A DNA stretch of 64,000 bases from Azolla caroliniana (GCA_043228905.1 JBHGNT010000001.1:33170001-33234000), one strand, 5' to 3'. Shown: positions 43,121 through 57,500, counted from the stretch's first letter. Notes: a model not told the origin generated them from the sequence alone. Translations and numbers: made by a program.

Positions 43121-45747
43121 ATGCCTATCAGTGTCGCTCATTCGGCAATTCTTCGTGCCGCGGCTTCTCGCCGCACACCTTACCTCTTCAAAACCCTTAC
43201 AAACCATGCAGGATCTTCCATTGCCATATCCGCTCGTCAGCAGCAACCTCTCTATTTCATCAGGAACTTCAGTTCTGCCACAGAGAGCCCTAATCCTGTC
43301 CCTAACCCCAACCCCAACCCTAACCCTAACCCCAATGCTAAAGTAGCGAACGATGTTGCTATCTCTAACTATTGGGGCATCTCTAAGAAGACCGTATTCC
43401 GAGAGGATGGTACAGTCTGGCCATGGCGTTGTTTCATGGTATGTGCTTTCTTTCTCAATGAATCCGTCATTCATTTCCTTCCATTTATCCCTCATTTCTG
43501 TTTTACTTACCTTTTAAATCTTTGCTTGTATCATTCATGTGTTTCTTTTCTTATATATTCATCCTTCATTGATTTTCCTTAAAATCTTTGCTTGTTTCGT
43601 GGTATTTGCTCTTTTTGTATTAATCCTTGTATCCATTTTCTTTTATAGGTCTGCGTGAGTTGTGAATATACTCTCACTCTATCATAATTGATTAAAAACT
43701 GTTTGCTTTTTCATCTCATGATTTGATGATGGTAATAATGATTGGCCATTGTTAATCTCACTAATTAATGTTAATTAGAGTGTTTTAGCCCATCATCACT
43801 TTGAGGATGATTGGGCAATGTCACTCCTACTATACAATGTTAATTAGGATGTCTGAGGCATGCATTGATGTTAATTAGGATTAATAGAGCAATGCTTATC
43901 TCATTATCTTATACTTCAAATGCTTAAAAATCTTAATTGAATGGAAACTGATTAAGGTTTTTGCTTGTTTAGCCTTGGGAGACATACACATCAGACACTA
44001 AAATCGACCTGAAGAAGCATCATGCTCCAAATAATTTTACGGACAAGTTTGCATTCTGGACTGTGAAGGCCCTTCGGTGGCCAACTGACCTATTCTTCCA
44101 GGTATTAACAAATAATGAATGTGATTATTTGTGACTCCTAAATGATTGTAGTATTATATTCAAGGAGCTTGACCCTATGGAATTGGCAACATTTTTATTG
44201 CATTCATTAGCTCTGGGTCCTTCTTTATTGTTGGTCTTAGTACCTTAAGAAGCCTCATTTTCCCAGATTCTTCATTCATGTAGGTATTCTTGAATATGGC
44301 CATAGCTAATGATTTGCCAACATTTTTTCATGTATGAAGCTAATTATTTGCCAAACATTTTGTATTCATCAGTTCTGATACTTTCTCATGTTTGGTAGCC
44401 TTTGACCTAATCCTCCACCCAACCCATGGATTAAATAGCTTGATTCAAGACATGGGTGTGGAGAAGAAAGTTATAGTTGATTGATCCAGCAGTAGTATTG
44501 GCAGCTTTTTTATTAGTTTAAATCAAATCGGCTGCTTCGAAATGCTCTTGGAGGATAGAAAGAAGAGGTAAAGAGCTGTGATACTCTGCTCGGATGCATG
44601 ATTACAAGCCCTTCATAGCACTACAGGTGAATTATTTGGGATTTTTTCTTTCTTCTTTCGCTTTTGGGAACCTGGAGGTTGGGTGGGAGGGAGTTTTCTT
44701 CATTACTAATCTGTCGGGTTTTATGTTCCATGTATTATGGCAAATTATTGAAAAACACCATAGGTTGTTGCTCCAGTTTCGTTTCCATGGAGGTTACTTG
44801 ATGAAGTTGATCAGAATCTAGTAGGGAACCTAATGCAATAAATGTCATGTTGTGTTCTCTATGCATGTCATACATCTCACATTCTTAAATATATATGCCG
44901 TGTACACTTTTCGCCATGGATTTAGGACCATATAATGATGATTAACCGTGGAACTATTGCTGAATTGGTATTGGCTTGATATGTGTGCAGAAGCGGTATG
45001 GATGCCGAGCAATGATGCTAGAGACAGTGGCAGCAGTGCCTGGGATGGTAGGGGGTATGCTCTTGCACCTAAGGTCTCTGCGGAGATTCGAACACAGTGG
45101 GGGTTGGATCAAAGCCCTTATGGAGGAGGCGGAGAATGAGAGGATGCATCTCATGACATTCATGGAGGTGGCCCAACCCAAGTGGTATGAACGTGCCCTT
45201 GTGGTGGCTGTCCAAGGAGTCTTCTTCAATGCTTACTTCTTACTCTATATTGCCTCGCCCCGCATGGCACATCGAATTGTTGGTTACCTTGAGGAGGAAG
45301 CTATCCATTCGTATACCCAGTATCTTCACGAGATTGATTGTGGACACTTGCCGAATGGTCCTGCCCCAGCTATTGCTCTTGACTATTGGCAGCTCCCTCA
45401 AGGCTCAACTATCCGAGATGTGGTGGAGGTGGTGAGGGCGGACGAGGCTCACCATCGAGATGTCAATCACTTTGCTGCGGTATGTGGTTGGAATCGTTTG
45501 GATATCTTTGTTAGGCATTCAAATGCATGAATAATAGTGTGGTTGTGTAAGGTTGTATGTATATCATTGATGGCGGATATACATTTGTTGTATTGCAGTG
45601 TATGAACATGTGAACATGCATGCATCTTTCTGTGCTCGTGTGTTTGTGTGCATGTAACTGACAGATCTCTCTATTGATATGTGACAGGATATTCATGAAG
45701 AGGGCAAGGTCCTGAGGGACTTACCAGCACCCATTGGTTACCATTGA
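43121..45747 (+). CDS. AOX: Mitochondrial alternative oxidase (ubiquinol oxidase); exons 43121-43438, 43973-44101, 44991-45479, 45688-45747
   Basis: W.CFMPWETY with Cys[34 protein letters not shown] and PAPIGYH*; exons 2 and 3 are 129 and 489 nt, the conserved plant AOX sizes. Confidence 0.97.
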
Positions 45748-46127
45748 AATATCTTCAAAAATACAAATTCATAATGGAATAAAAATAGGGTTTTGTTGTA
45801 TGTAGCTTAAGCTTTTTTGGAGCAATGCAGTAATAATGCAATATGCTATTGTTATCATATTCTTCGGTTATATTTCGGTTTTAAAGTGTGGTAAATACAG
45901 GTTATCCATAAAGATTAACAATTGCCAAAACTTTGCCACTTAATAATAAAGTATTTGTTTCTTTGTCAATGCTAAAAAGTAATTATATCAAAGTGACTCA
46001 AATTCCAATCTTTTTTGCTTGATTCGTTAACCTTGCAATTCATTTTGTTAGGGGAATTTATTATAGTTCGTTATGAGTGTAGATGTGTACATGGTTATAG
46101 TGGGAGATAAAACATTACGTCAAATAT

Positions 46128-46570
46128 GTCATGAAATCAAAGCAAAATTAAGCCATTGCACACTACTCAACTAGTCTTCAATAAAAGTGGAGATAGAACC
46201 ACATTCTTAACTATTAAGTATGTCATAAAATCAAAACAAAACTAAGGCATCGCACATAATAATCAATTCTTGTTCCACATTAGTGGAATATCAAAACCTA
46301 AATCATCTATTAGAAAGCCAATGGGTGATCATTATGTTTAGGGAAGAAGAAACCGTGCTAGATGCACATGATTTTTATAAAAACCACGTTCATAAGTAAT
46401 TAAAACAAAATTAAGCCATTGCTCATAAATAATAAATTCTCATTCCACAATAGTGGATAATCAAAGCTAACTTATCCAATAGAAAAGTCAATTGGTAGTA
46501 AGTAAACGGTGATCACTAAGTGCCACTCATGGGAAGGTAGAGAAGACGGTGCTACATGCTCGTGATTTTT
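46128..46570. repeat. Degenerate tandem duplication between the convergent AOX and WD40 3' ends
   Basis: AAAACAAAATTAAGCCATTGC...TTCCACA-TAGTGGA...TAGAAA units starting near 46128 (partial), 46222 and 46390. Confidence 0.65.
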
Positions 46571-46928
46571 AATTTTGTTAGTTGTAAATAGGGCTTACAA
46601 TAAGCCAACATATATGAAACACATTGCTAGATCTCATGTTTTCCCCGGTTGAGAAATATGGGCAAGTAAATAGTAACACAGATGTTCTACTTTTACTGCA
46701 AATAGTAAATAGTCAAAAACCGATGGGTACAAATAATATGGTAAACCCATGTCGTCAAAGGAAAGAAAAAAGAGAAAAATCCATTGTGAATGATACAAAA
46801 ACCTCCGTAATAGATCAAAACTCCAGTATCTCCTTTGGTTTTAGGGTATTTTGAAGCAACCACCATCCTTCACGTCTTTCATGCCTTATAAGTATACACA
46901 AATATTAGTTTTTGGTGTTTACTGATGT

Positions 46929-49900
46929 TTATCTGAAGGACCAACTAGCTGGCCGATCTCTGGATATCAACAAAACCCGAGAATTTGAATAGTCAAACGA
47001 GGGATTGGAAAGGTCTTGAGAAGTGACCACATCCTTTACATTTTCAACCTCACACTGTTTCCCAGTCTTGAAGATGCTCAAACCATCGCCATTAACAGCC
47101 ATAACCAAACTCGAAGATCCCCACACTTGCGATAGTGCGAGATGACCCAATGGCTCAAATGCATAAGCACAGAATTGCATTCCCTTTCTCACTGACCACT
47201 GTTGTATTCTACACTGATTTAGTTCCCTATCCAATCCACCTACTAAAACCATGTCTTGTCGTGCATATACACATTGTGATGTATGCCCCGGATTGGGAAA
47301 AGATATCCCAATCCCATTCGGAACCCGAAAATCAAGCACATTTATGTCATCTTGTGTGCAGCAAATCCCATCAAAAGCTTCTGTTTCAGATGAGCTCAAC
47401 CTACGAGATCATGAAATCAAATAAGAACAAATAAGGTAGGCATAAATTAGGTGCAGAAAGAGAAAAGGTTCTCAGATAAGAAGAAAGAATGGTATTTGGA
47501 AGAAAAATAAAAACCGGTTTAAAAGAAGAGGTCATTTACCTCTGCCTGACACCTCCACTGCATTCGGCATCAGAGTTGTACACATATATAGCTGAAATTC
47601 GCTTTCTCGGAAGCTCAATCAATTGCAAGCAGTCAACATTCATGGTGTTAACATCCCAAACGCTTATAGCTTCTTGCTCAGATAGCACAAGCTTCCCTCT
47701 ATCTCTCCACTGTACGGGAGAACAATTATCTAATCGTGCAACATCTGTATTTATATCCCACTCCAGAACGGCCTCACCATCTCGAATGTCAAATAAGACT
47801 GCTCTCTTCATAGAACTTGATACTGAGGCTAATAAAGGACCACTTGGATTATACCACCATTGGGGCAACTTCCCATATTCTGTCCCTGCATAGCTAGCAC
47901 TGCGTTGGGAAACTTTGCAATCAGATAAAGGCACGGTGAAAGTGGATTGAGACAGAAAATTCATGCTTAATTACCTATAGCTTTTGCTACCCTGAGCAAG
48001 GGTAAAGGTTGGTGGGCTCCTTTGATCTTCAATATGGCATGCCGAAAGGTTTTTGCTGTAGAAGTCCCAAGAACAGAAACCACTACCAGCTGCACTTCCT
48101 GCAGTCGCCACCACAACATATTTGTTGGAACGGCCATCCGAACCCGCAGCTCTAACTAACCAGCAATCATTCCATAACGGCATAGCTATGCCATCTGGTG
48201 AATCATACACAACCTTTTCCTGAAGACATAAACACAATGAATAGACGTTAGACTTACAAACATATGTACAGAGACAAAAGGTATGCCAGTAGTTAAGAGT
48301 GGAGCTGGATCTAAACACCTCCATATGCATAAGCAGATTTCAAACACATAATGACAAAGACCTAAGAATTTTTTTGTGAAGTTCCATAAAAACAATGTGA
48401 TCTAAATACCTCCATATTAGCAACATCGTAGTATGAACAAGAACCATCATCATGTGCGAGCAAAATAGCTTCTCCTTCAGAAGCGTACCAACCAGCTACT
48501 GCCACCTTATCTCCTATTGGACGAAGTTCGTTCAGAATGACATCTTCAGCATACTCCAACTCTATTCCATCCTCATTCATAACATTTTCATGGAAACTGT
48601 TCGGGGGCAGTGTTTCATCACACTGGAGATAATGTCTTGAATTCTCTGCAGATACACAAGGCAATTGCATCTCTGAGCCATGCGAAGACCATGTATTTGA
48701 TTCCATCTGCTTATTATCCACACCTCCAGTACTTATTAAAAACTGGGCTGAAGATCTTAAAGAATTACCATTATTTAATGGATTGACATCTTGTGTGCCT
48801 GCAGCTTCAAAATACTTTCCAGTTGGTGCAGAAGCGATATCTTTCAAGGATGTAGGTTTGGACCCTTCCAAATTAACTTGGATTGAAGCATCTTCTACCT
48901 CAGCGTATAACGCAAGATTGATATCTGTTTCAACCGCACTCAGTGAGAGACGACTCTTGAGCAGCTGTCCATGCGGGAGGAGGCGATCTTCAAGCTCCCT
49001 TTGGTCTTGATTCAGTTGGGAAAACCTTGGTGGAGCTGAAATTGATCCTTGAAGTCGAGCTTTTGATGTTACCTCTGTCGCAGAACAGTATAGATTCTTC
49101 AACATGCCAAAGTGTTCATTTGAATTCCTTGCATTTTCTTCCTTGTAAACCGTTGGAAACTCATCTTCCATAATTACATCATCCAAAGAAGTTATATCAT
49201 CGCAATCTGTAAAGGTCATGGCTCTTTCAATAGTTGCTATTTTATTATGGATGTCAGAGAGAACAGAATCAGATCCTGCACAGTCATCACTATCAAGCAA
49301 TGATCTGGTCTTTTTGAGCTCTGCTGCTATCTGACTCACCTTACCTTCGAGGTGAGCCAATCTTCTGTGTAGAGAGTTCGTCATACCACAGTCATCTTTG
49401 ATTCCATATTGCTCCATAGATATGCTACTAGTGGAAGAAGAAGTTACAGTGCCAGGTTCCTTTCCATTCAAACTTACTCGAGAAGTTCCAGATTTGGAAG
49501 TAGAAACAATCGAGTGCACCTGAAGCGCATCTCCAGAGGCAGTATTTGAGCTTACTTGGGATGGTAACGCTGCAGATTTATTTGTTGAAATCCTTTCCTC
49601 CATTTCACAAGTGAGTTTAATTGAAGTTCTAGAAGGATGAGCCATGGCGGATGAAGACAACTTCTCCTCAGCAGTAGGCATATCATGTTTGCCTTTGGTT
49701 CTGGAATTGCCTTGAGTGGCCTTTTCAATGGGAAGGCTTAGTTTTCCGTTGATTTTTAGAGGTAAGGCTACAGGCAAGGCAGTGGTAGACCATCTCTCTG
49801 CTTTGTTTGCCTTCTGATACATCGAAACTCTACAGGATTTGCTGGCAATTTTCTCCACTGTAATAGTACTACAGCTAGAGCCTTCAAGTCTAGAAGAGGA

Positions 49901-50719
49901 AGCAGATGCAGCAGAAACCCTCTTACCTTCTTCTTCTTTACCATTAATAAATTGCACCTTCGCGGCGGATACACGTTTAGCATCAGCGCCGCAAACAGAT
50001 ATAGATTTTTCTTCTTCATGTTCTTGTCTTTGTGAGATCTCCACATCTCTAGTGCACATGCGAGACCTCAACTCAACGTAGGCTTGTCTATCAGTACCTT
50101 CTGTACGCACCAGGGAGGGAGATGGGGCTCTCCCTGTACGCGACCTTGATTCTGCACGAAGCCGCGGGACAGATGCACGCCTAGTAGCGACATTAGATGT
50201 TGAATTATCAGTGCGAATAGATGACAATGAATCCCTGTTTGCTTGATCAGAGGTATGAAGGCGCGGCTTTACAGCAGAAGAAGATCTAGGTTTTGGTGGA
50301 CGCAACTCTGTCTCTGTATTAGTCTTCGATTTCTCTTGGTCTGTTGTGCGAGGCCTCATAGCTGAAGAAGATCTCGCCTTCAGACGCGTTTCTACTACTG
50401 ATGTAGTAGTGGAGCTTTTCTCTGCTCCCGTGACGAAATTCTTGAGGTTCTTAGTCCGATCCGATAAAGGTGCAGCAGCAGAAGCACGATCTGAAGAAGG
50501 ATACCGACTCCCGTGAGGAAGCTGAGGTTTTAATTTTACTGCAGAGATATCAGAGACTATGATAGGATGGACAGACGTTGCGTGGCGTCGTTCACTAATA
50601 GAGCAGGATTTGCTGGGGATGTGGGTGAGAGCTGAGGGAGAAGGGATGAGCGAGGAGGGGAGTGGAGCTATGGTTTTCCCACCACCTCCACCTCTTCCTT
50701 TCCTGCGTTGAGGAGACAT
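46929..50719 (-). CDS. KIN14B-interacting protein At4g14310-like (disordered N-terminus, coiled coil, WD40-like C-terminus); exons 50719-48410, ~48219-47975, ~47893-47500, ~47400-46929
   Basis: LHRRLAHLEGKVSQIAAELKKT coiled coil; GWYASEGEAILLAHDDGSCSYYDVAN; WNDCWLVRAAGSDG; GFCSWDFY; SSSETEAFDGICCTQD; LLISRDRPASW. Confidence 0.88.
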
Positions 50720-51020
50720 CTCTGATTCTCTGATCTTCTTAACAAGAACACAAAGCGTGATGGAGGAAGTTCAGAGAGCTGCTGCAGAAGAAGATGAAGA
50801 AGAAGAAGACGCAGAAAACAACAGAGAGAACGGCAGGAAGAATGGGAAGCCGAGGTGAGTCGAAGACAGAAAATTGAAACTAAATAGAGAGTTTCTGAAG
50901 AAGCGGACTACTGCGGGGAGATCATAGAAAGCTGTCGAAGAGGATGAAGTCGGGGAGAGGTCGATCGATCACAGAATGAGAGACAGAGATGGATCGAATT
51001 GGATGGAGATACAGAGAACT

Positions 51021-51230
51021 GGATGGATCGAAGGGGAGGTAAAAGGGTGAAGGCAAGGGCAAGTCAAGGAGGATGGATCTTCAATGAGGATCGATCGGAA
51101 GCTCAGAGATGGAGTGGATGGAGAATTAGTGGATGGATCGAAGGGGAGCTCCGCCTGAGAGTGAAGGCAAGGGCAAGGCGAGGAGGATGGATCTTCAATG
51201 GAGATCGATCGGAAGCTCAGCGATGGAATG
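51021..51230. repeat. Direct repeat, about 110 bp x2, GATC-rich, upstream of the WD40 gene
   Basis: ggatggatcgaaggggag...gtgaaggcaagggcaag...aggaggatggatcttcaatg...gatcgatcggaagctcag at 51021 and 51131. Confidence 0.85.
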
Positions 51231-51418
51231 AATCCATCGATCGACCTGTCGATCGATCGATCGATCGAACCAGGGCCAAGATTGAGGAAGCTCGGAGCCA
51301 GAAAGACTTACACAGAGAGATGAGACGAGAGCATTGATCTGATCGCTTTCTGTCCCGGGCTTTTTTCCCCGTTTTTCGTTTGCTTTTTTCCTCTCTCCGG
51401 CTTCTCTCTCTCTCTCTT

Positions 51419-51556
51419 TTTGGCGCCAATACTTAACTTAGATTTTCAGGTTTGGGAGGGATCCAGTAGATTAGCAAAGGTTTTCCCGCCAATTTCCCCT
51501 TTCTCGCGGGGTTGGGGGGGGAGGGGGGAGGGATCTTTTTTGAATTTTTTTCCCGC
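51419..51556. promoter_or_regulatory. Three E2F consensus sites (TTTSSCGC)
   Basis: TTTGGCGC 51419-51426, TTTCCCGC 51482-51489, TTTCCCGC 51549-51556. Confidence 0.6.
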
Positions 51557-54500
51557 CACATTCTCTTCTTTGTCTTAACCAAAACGGATATGTCTCCTTC
51601 ACAAACGAATCATGACTCTTCTCACTCTCACTCACTCTTTCTGCTTCGCGTTCTATGACTAATCAGACTCTTCTTAATTTAATGGAGTGCATCTCTTAAC
51701 ACTTTGATAATGGAATTTTATCAGAATTCATTAGTATGCGCACACACAAACACACATATTAAATTTAGCACCGTAACCAAGGAATTTTACAGATTTTGGC
51801 CGTTGATTTCCCAAAATTTGATATATAGCATATTGAAGTTTATAGGATGGTCGTTACGGATTTTGATTAGATCCCACTAGGTCACATGTTTGTTCTTGGA
51901 AAGTTGTGCTAGTGGAGTGTCATTGGCGATTAAGAGATGATCGCTTGCTAGAGCAATATTTGTAACCTCAAATTTAGTTGCTTTGAAAGTTATTTATTGG
52001 GTGGGAAAACAACAAGCACCACTCAATTTGAATATTGCAATACTTGGGATGGTCTTCATGTCTAAGGTCGTGCATTTTTATGCACAATTAATTTGAATTG
52101 CATTTCGGTCAATATTTGGAACGTTTCGTGTGTCTTAAAAACATCACAAATTGGCAAGTATGTGAAGTTCAAATGTAGTAACATGGCAATCTATATAGAA
52201 GATAACGTTCTTTACTACATGTGTTCATAACCAAGAATGTGTTGAATTCATTGCTTGTCATCGAAGAGGCATTATATTGTTCCTCTTGCTCATAACCTCT
52301 TGATCCTAAGGAGTGGTTATACACTATTGTGTGCCAACACGACTCATACATATGGGTGTTGCACGTCCAAGTGTCACTATTGGGTTGCCTTCCTCGTACA
52401 TGGTTTAGTGGGAGGGGTTGCTCAACTCGTAGTGGATTAGTCAATGGATTGGGGGAAATCATTGCCCAATGGCAAAGACCATGTCATATATCAACACATA
52501 AAAGAATTTACCTCTTCACTCCATGCAATTTTGGAAGCCTTGAAGGCTCCTTTTGTTAATCTAAAATTAACACATATCTAATATATGGTTGTCTTAATTA
52601 AATAAAATATTGGTAGATAACAAACATACAAAATGTTCAAATTAAATATGTATAGTTAGCATGGAAACAATATATTGAGGGAATTAGCTCTCAGTGAATG
52701 CAAGGAGCAAGGAATGAGAACCACCACCAAAAGGTAGCCCTAAATGCCTGCCTGGTATATATGAGTGCTCTTGCCATTTTACATAACTTTGAAACCTTAA
52801 AAGGTTCATAACACATTACATGCTCATTGGCCATTAACTATTATTACATAATAAAGGATGAGTTCCTACAAATTACAACATGACCTTGTTTCTTATAGAT
52901 GTTTGGTCTATGACCAATATTTTAGGTTGGAAATATTAAGCCTCAAATTGCTGATAAAAGTAAAGAATTATGACACTATTTCCATTAACACTGACAAGAA
53001 TGTGTGAAGAAATTTCATTTTCACTACTGAAAGGATATTATGAAGTGATAATACAATGCAGATAACATCTTCCAATGCTTTTTGATTAAATATTATTACC
53101 TGACTCGTGTTGTGTCATGGAGGCCCATGGCCATGACGTGCTTCCAAAAGTATTTAAGCAAGCATGTCCAAATTGGGTGGATGCTAAAGATTTTCTTATG
53201 AGCTATTGGTCAAAATTTGTACAACGTAATGGGCTAAGCTATAAAGGTTTTAATCCATATAAAAGTTGTCTAGTTGAATGCAATGGAGGCCCTAGTTGGT
53301 TGCACATTAATTGCACGAGCATAAAAAATGTGTGGTTCATGTTTCAAATCCTACACATCAATTTGACAATCAAGCCACTTTGAAATGGAATACCTTAGTA
53401 ATCGAATTTTTAACTCTTACTAAATGTTAAAAATGAGCTATCCTACAATGGCTCTCGTACTTCAGTCAATTGCTTAAATAAAGATGCTTTCTTTGTTGCA
53501 CATGGTAAAGAACAAGTTAGAAGACAATAACATGATTAAGCTAGCAAGCAATCCAAAAGTAAAATGGGAGAAAACTTCAAATTGTGCAACAAGCATGGGG
53601 TCTAGTGGGTCCTAATGAAGTGGTCCACACTTGTGTGCTTAAAATATAATTCCATTCAAGAGTAATAAAATGACAAATTATTGTTTATTTAAAAACTAGA
53701 ATCTCGAGTGGGTTAACCTCATGCTCCACATGGTCATCTTTCCTTTGACGAAATAAGAAGTGACTATGCTTTGGGATCGATGATTCCCACGTTACAATTA
53801 TGAGAATATAGATCAACCACCTATTTCCAATATGGATAAGCACGCCCAATTTGTTATTGCATTACTAATCTTTTTGGATGAGATTGCACTTGCATGCATG
53901 GAATCTAAAACAAGGGGGAAAGTTGCAACAATGTCATCTCATTGGTTAGCAAGTAGCTCATTTTCTCATAAAAAAACACATGGAATGTTTGTAGTATTTG
54001 CTCTTGTGACAAACCATCTAAGACATGGATAGTTTCAAATTCAAAGTTGGGGATGTTTTATTACGTGTAGTTGAACATGAATGCCATAAAAAACCATAAT
54101 GAATGGTTCGATTTGTTTTATGTAGGAGTTGAATTGGGAAGAGTTGTGATGTTTTGATAAATGTGCATGGGGAGAGTTTTTGTGTGTGTGAAGTGACCCC
54201 ACTTATGTATGAGTGATGTTATGTGAATGAAATACGTTCCGCCATCAATATTCCACTTTCTTAAGGTGCATCATCTATAGTCATTATAACGAGAGGTTTG
54301 TTATAAATTGTTGCTGCTAGTTGTTGTTAGAGATGTATACATACCATCCATATGGAGAGTCTAGAGATACAACCCATGTCTCCACTTGAAAGACCATGTC
54401 ACCTAGTGGCAACTGATAGGTACATAAAAGATGCTTCACGTAGAACCTTACAAAATGTTGGAAATTAAAGTTAATATTTCATTAGAAAATTCAGTCATGA

Positions 54501-57500
54501 AGGAGATATGTTTGTCATTAGTAATAGTTTGTTTACTCAATGAAATTTAAATTTCCTTAAACTTTTCAATTAAGATTTGTGTAAATTTGTCCCCATTGAA
54601 ATATAGTTTATTTTGCATCTAGACTCTCAAGGATGTCAAAATATCAATGTCATCGACCTATTTGAATGGGCACACAACATGAGGATACCATCATCTCCTT
54701 TAAATAACACACTCATTGGCACATGATAGAGCTTGTCTAGGTGCTTGCCATCCACAACATCGGTTCCACATGACTTAATTCACATTGTCTTCGATGTTAG
54801 ATGATGCAAAGTTCGATAATCAAAGTATCACACTTTGATTGAAGGTGTTGCATTTCACACATTGTTGATCAACTCAAATCCCTAAATTTTTCACACAATC
54901 TTCATGTGCTCTCTTGATTGTAAAAATCTCGGACATTAAGAGTCACTTGTCAATTTCACGCATGCTATGCAAAAATATTTCACTCTTGGTCACATAGGAC
55001 ATGTTGACCTTTGGGAATGATAATATAATTTCTCTTTCTTACACGGACAATGTTATGCACCAAGTGTTCACATCACTCGTCATATAACTAAGGATTATGT
55101 AGGATGTCATACTCGTGAGTATCGAGCATCCTCAAACTCGGATTAACACAACCCTCTAAATCTATTGGTATATATTTTAAATATAGCAAGAGACATCACA
55201 TGCAATGCATGATGTGATGCACAATATTTTTCTTCTTCTATATATACAAACAAATTAACCAATAATGATGAATTAACATTAAATCTTCAGCCTTTACACC
55301 AACATTCCAAACTTTGTACTCTTAAAATATTATATCGCCTCTAATTGCTTTTAAAACTATAGTCATATACTTAAAAAGGCAATATCCAGGATTTTGTCAA
55401 CAAAAAACTAATGCATGCACGTTAGAATTTGGCCCATGTTTGATGGCTAAAAACATATAATGTGCTAATGTTAGACTTAGAGCCCTTGGTGGGCATTCGG
55501 TTTTGAGTTTACTTCGAAAAATAATGGGTGAAGTAATCATAAGAAGCATAATACTACTAGGAAGAAAACGTGTATGTGACCGGAACTTCATTTAGATGGT
55601 ACAATCCATATAATGAGCATACCCCACAATGCACTACCTCTCGATCACATTATGGGTTTGTATTAAGTCACATGTTGACATGAAACATCATAAACATGTA
55701 CCACATGGGCACAATTTTGGCAATCCTCTTAGTAGTGAATTTTAACAAATCCCCTCAGTTATTCGCCTTCAAACTAGTTATTGATAACCTAATAAATAAA
55801 TGTCATGCAACAAATTATTTTATCACCCATGATGAAAAATTGTGTTAGTTTCATATGTACATAGATTTAATGGGTTTATGTATTAAGATATTTGTGTAAA
55901 AAGTGGGTTTCTTAGTGTAATTTTGATGCAATTATATGAAGATTTGCGTTTTTTCATTTTGGGTAAGGCAAGTCGAATGCTGGATGTCATTAATGTTTTA
56001 TTGACAAAGATGAATTAATGTGTGAACTTGTTATTTTATTTTATTTATTAAAGTTGACTCTACCATAATTTTAATTTTTTTAAAAGAAAACATATCATTC
56101 CATTAGTTTTAAAAGGCATATCAGCCACAAAATACAAAATGATGGAAAGGAAGTGATTATCCTTCCCCAACCCGTCTTGTGTAAGACAATAGCTAGCCAT
56201 GAAACCTTCACTTGATAGACTTGATTGAGCACTTCCTCAATAGTTGAAACATACCATGAATTTGCATATGTTCAAACCAAATCAATCATCCTCATCATGT
56301 TCATATTCAACATATTCATATACCACATTTGGGTCATCACATGCATCCAATATACCACCACATTTACAATGACCAAGTATCCTCTATTTTCCATATTCAA
56401 CTACCGTAATTCAACTACACGGCGTCATCCTCGTCAATTCAACTAATGACCAACACACTTTTTAATGGACAATTTGAAAGGTTAACCCCTTTTGTTGAAA
56501 GCAACCCCTTAATTCTCTAAGACTCGAGTGAACAAATCTTCGAGCTTTACTTTAGCCTTGGTGTACAAATTCGGTTCGTGTTTCATATGATTTATGAGAA
56601 AATGCTAGAGCTCATAATTGATTGCATCTTAATTCTCAAAACGAGGGGAAATTTGTATTTGAAGTGTTGCATATAGGAGTATTAATGGAAAATGAATCCA
56701 AAGAATCCCAAATTTGGTCCTTCGTATAATATTCACAAAGTCAATCAAAATGAGAAATCATGCAAACGTGTTTACACATGATTCACATCGATCATATCTT
56801 GATGTTTCTTTTAGATCCCTTGATCAATACCATGCATTTGATCCACAAAATAATGTCCAATCATTTTGAGACAAGTACATGGCAAAATATAATTGTAGGA
56901 TTGTGGGCAACCAGAAAATAGGATGAATGACTTCTCATTATAAAGGGCACAATGAACACACAACTATTGTATGGTTGTTTGATGGAGGTTATGCAAAAAA
57001 AGGGATGTATTGTGATATGAATTTGTTTATTGTCTCTATCTCAAGGGTGTTAAAAAGGTGCATGGTGCATGGTACGAAAACATAGGACACCAAACTCGAA
57101 CTTAAGTTCATTCAATCAATTACTTTTCACATATTTGACTAAGAACTGTGACATTCCGTTAGTGTGAGGACATCTACAAACATTTGCTTCATCCATGATT
57201 TCGAATCTAAGAAAGGATTCGGTAACACTGAGTGCAGGGTGAAGACCATAACAATAAAGTGCATCACGAAAGCACGCATTGATAATGTAGGATTCCGATA
57301 TGAAATTTCATTGAACACCACACATATATATGATGCCTTTGTCATGGGAGTGTGAACATAATCGATGGTGTGAAAGTGTTTTGGGGGTTGAAAATGGCAA
57401 ATACCACACACAATAAGAAAGCTCGCCATGCACGTATTCCTGCAAGATTTAAACTTGAACCAATATATCTATGTCTAATGTTTATGCAAGTCTCTTGTTG

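Noticed and set aside
42998-43495. 165-aa antisense ORF over AOX exon 1
   Set aside because: Shadow of a GC-rich coding exon; the [10 protein letters not shown] run is just the reverse of the PN repeat.
4343-45747. Apparent cluster of organelle-targeted genes (uL18-like, two PPRs, LSMT-like, AOX)
   Set aside because: They are interleaved with unrelated genes and PPR genes are very abundant in such genomes; no sign of shared regulation.
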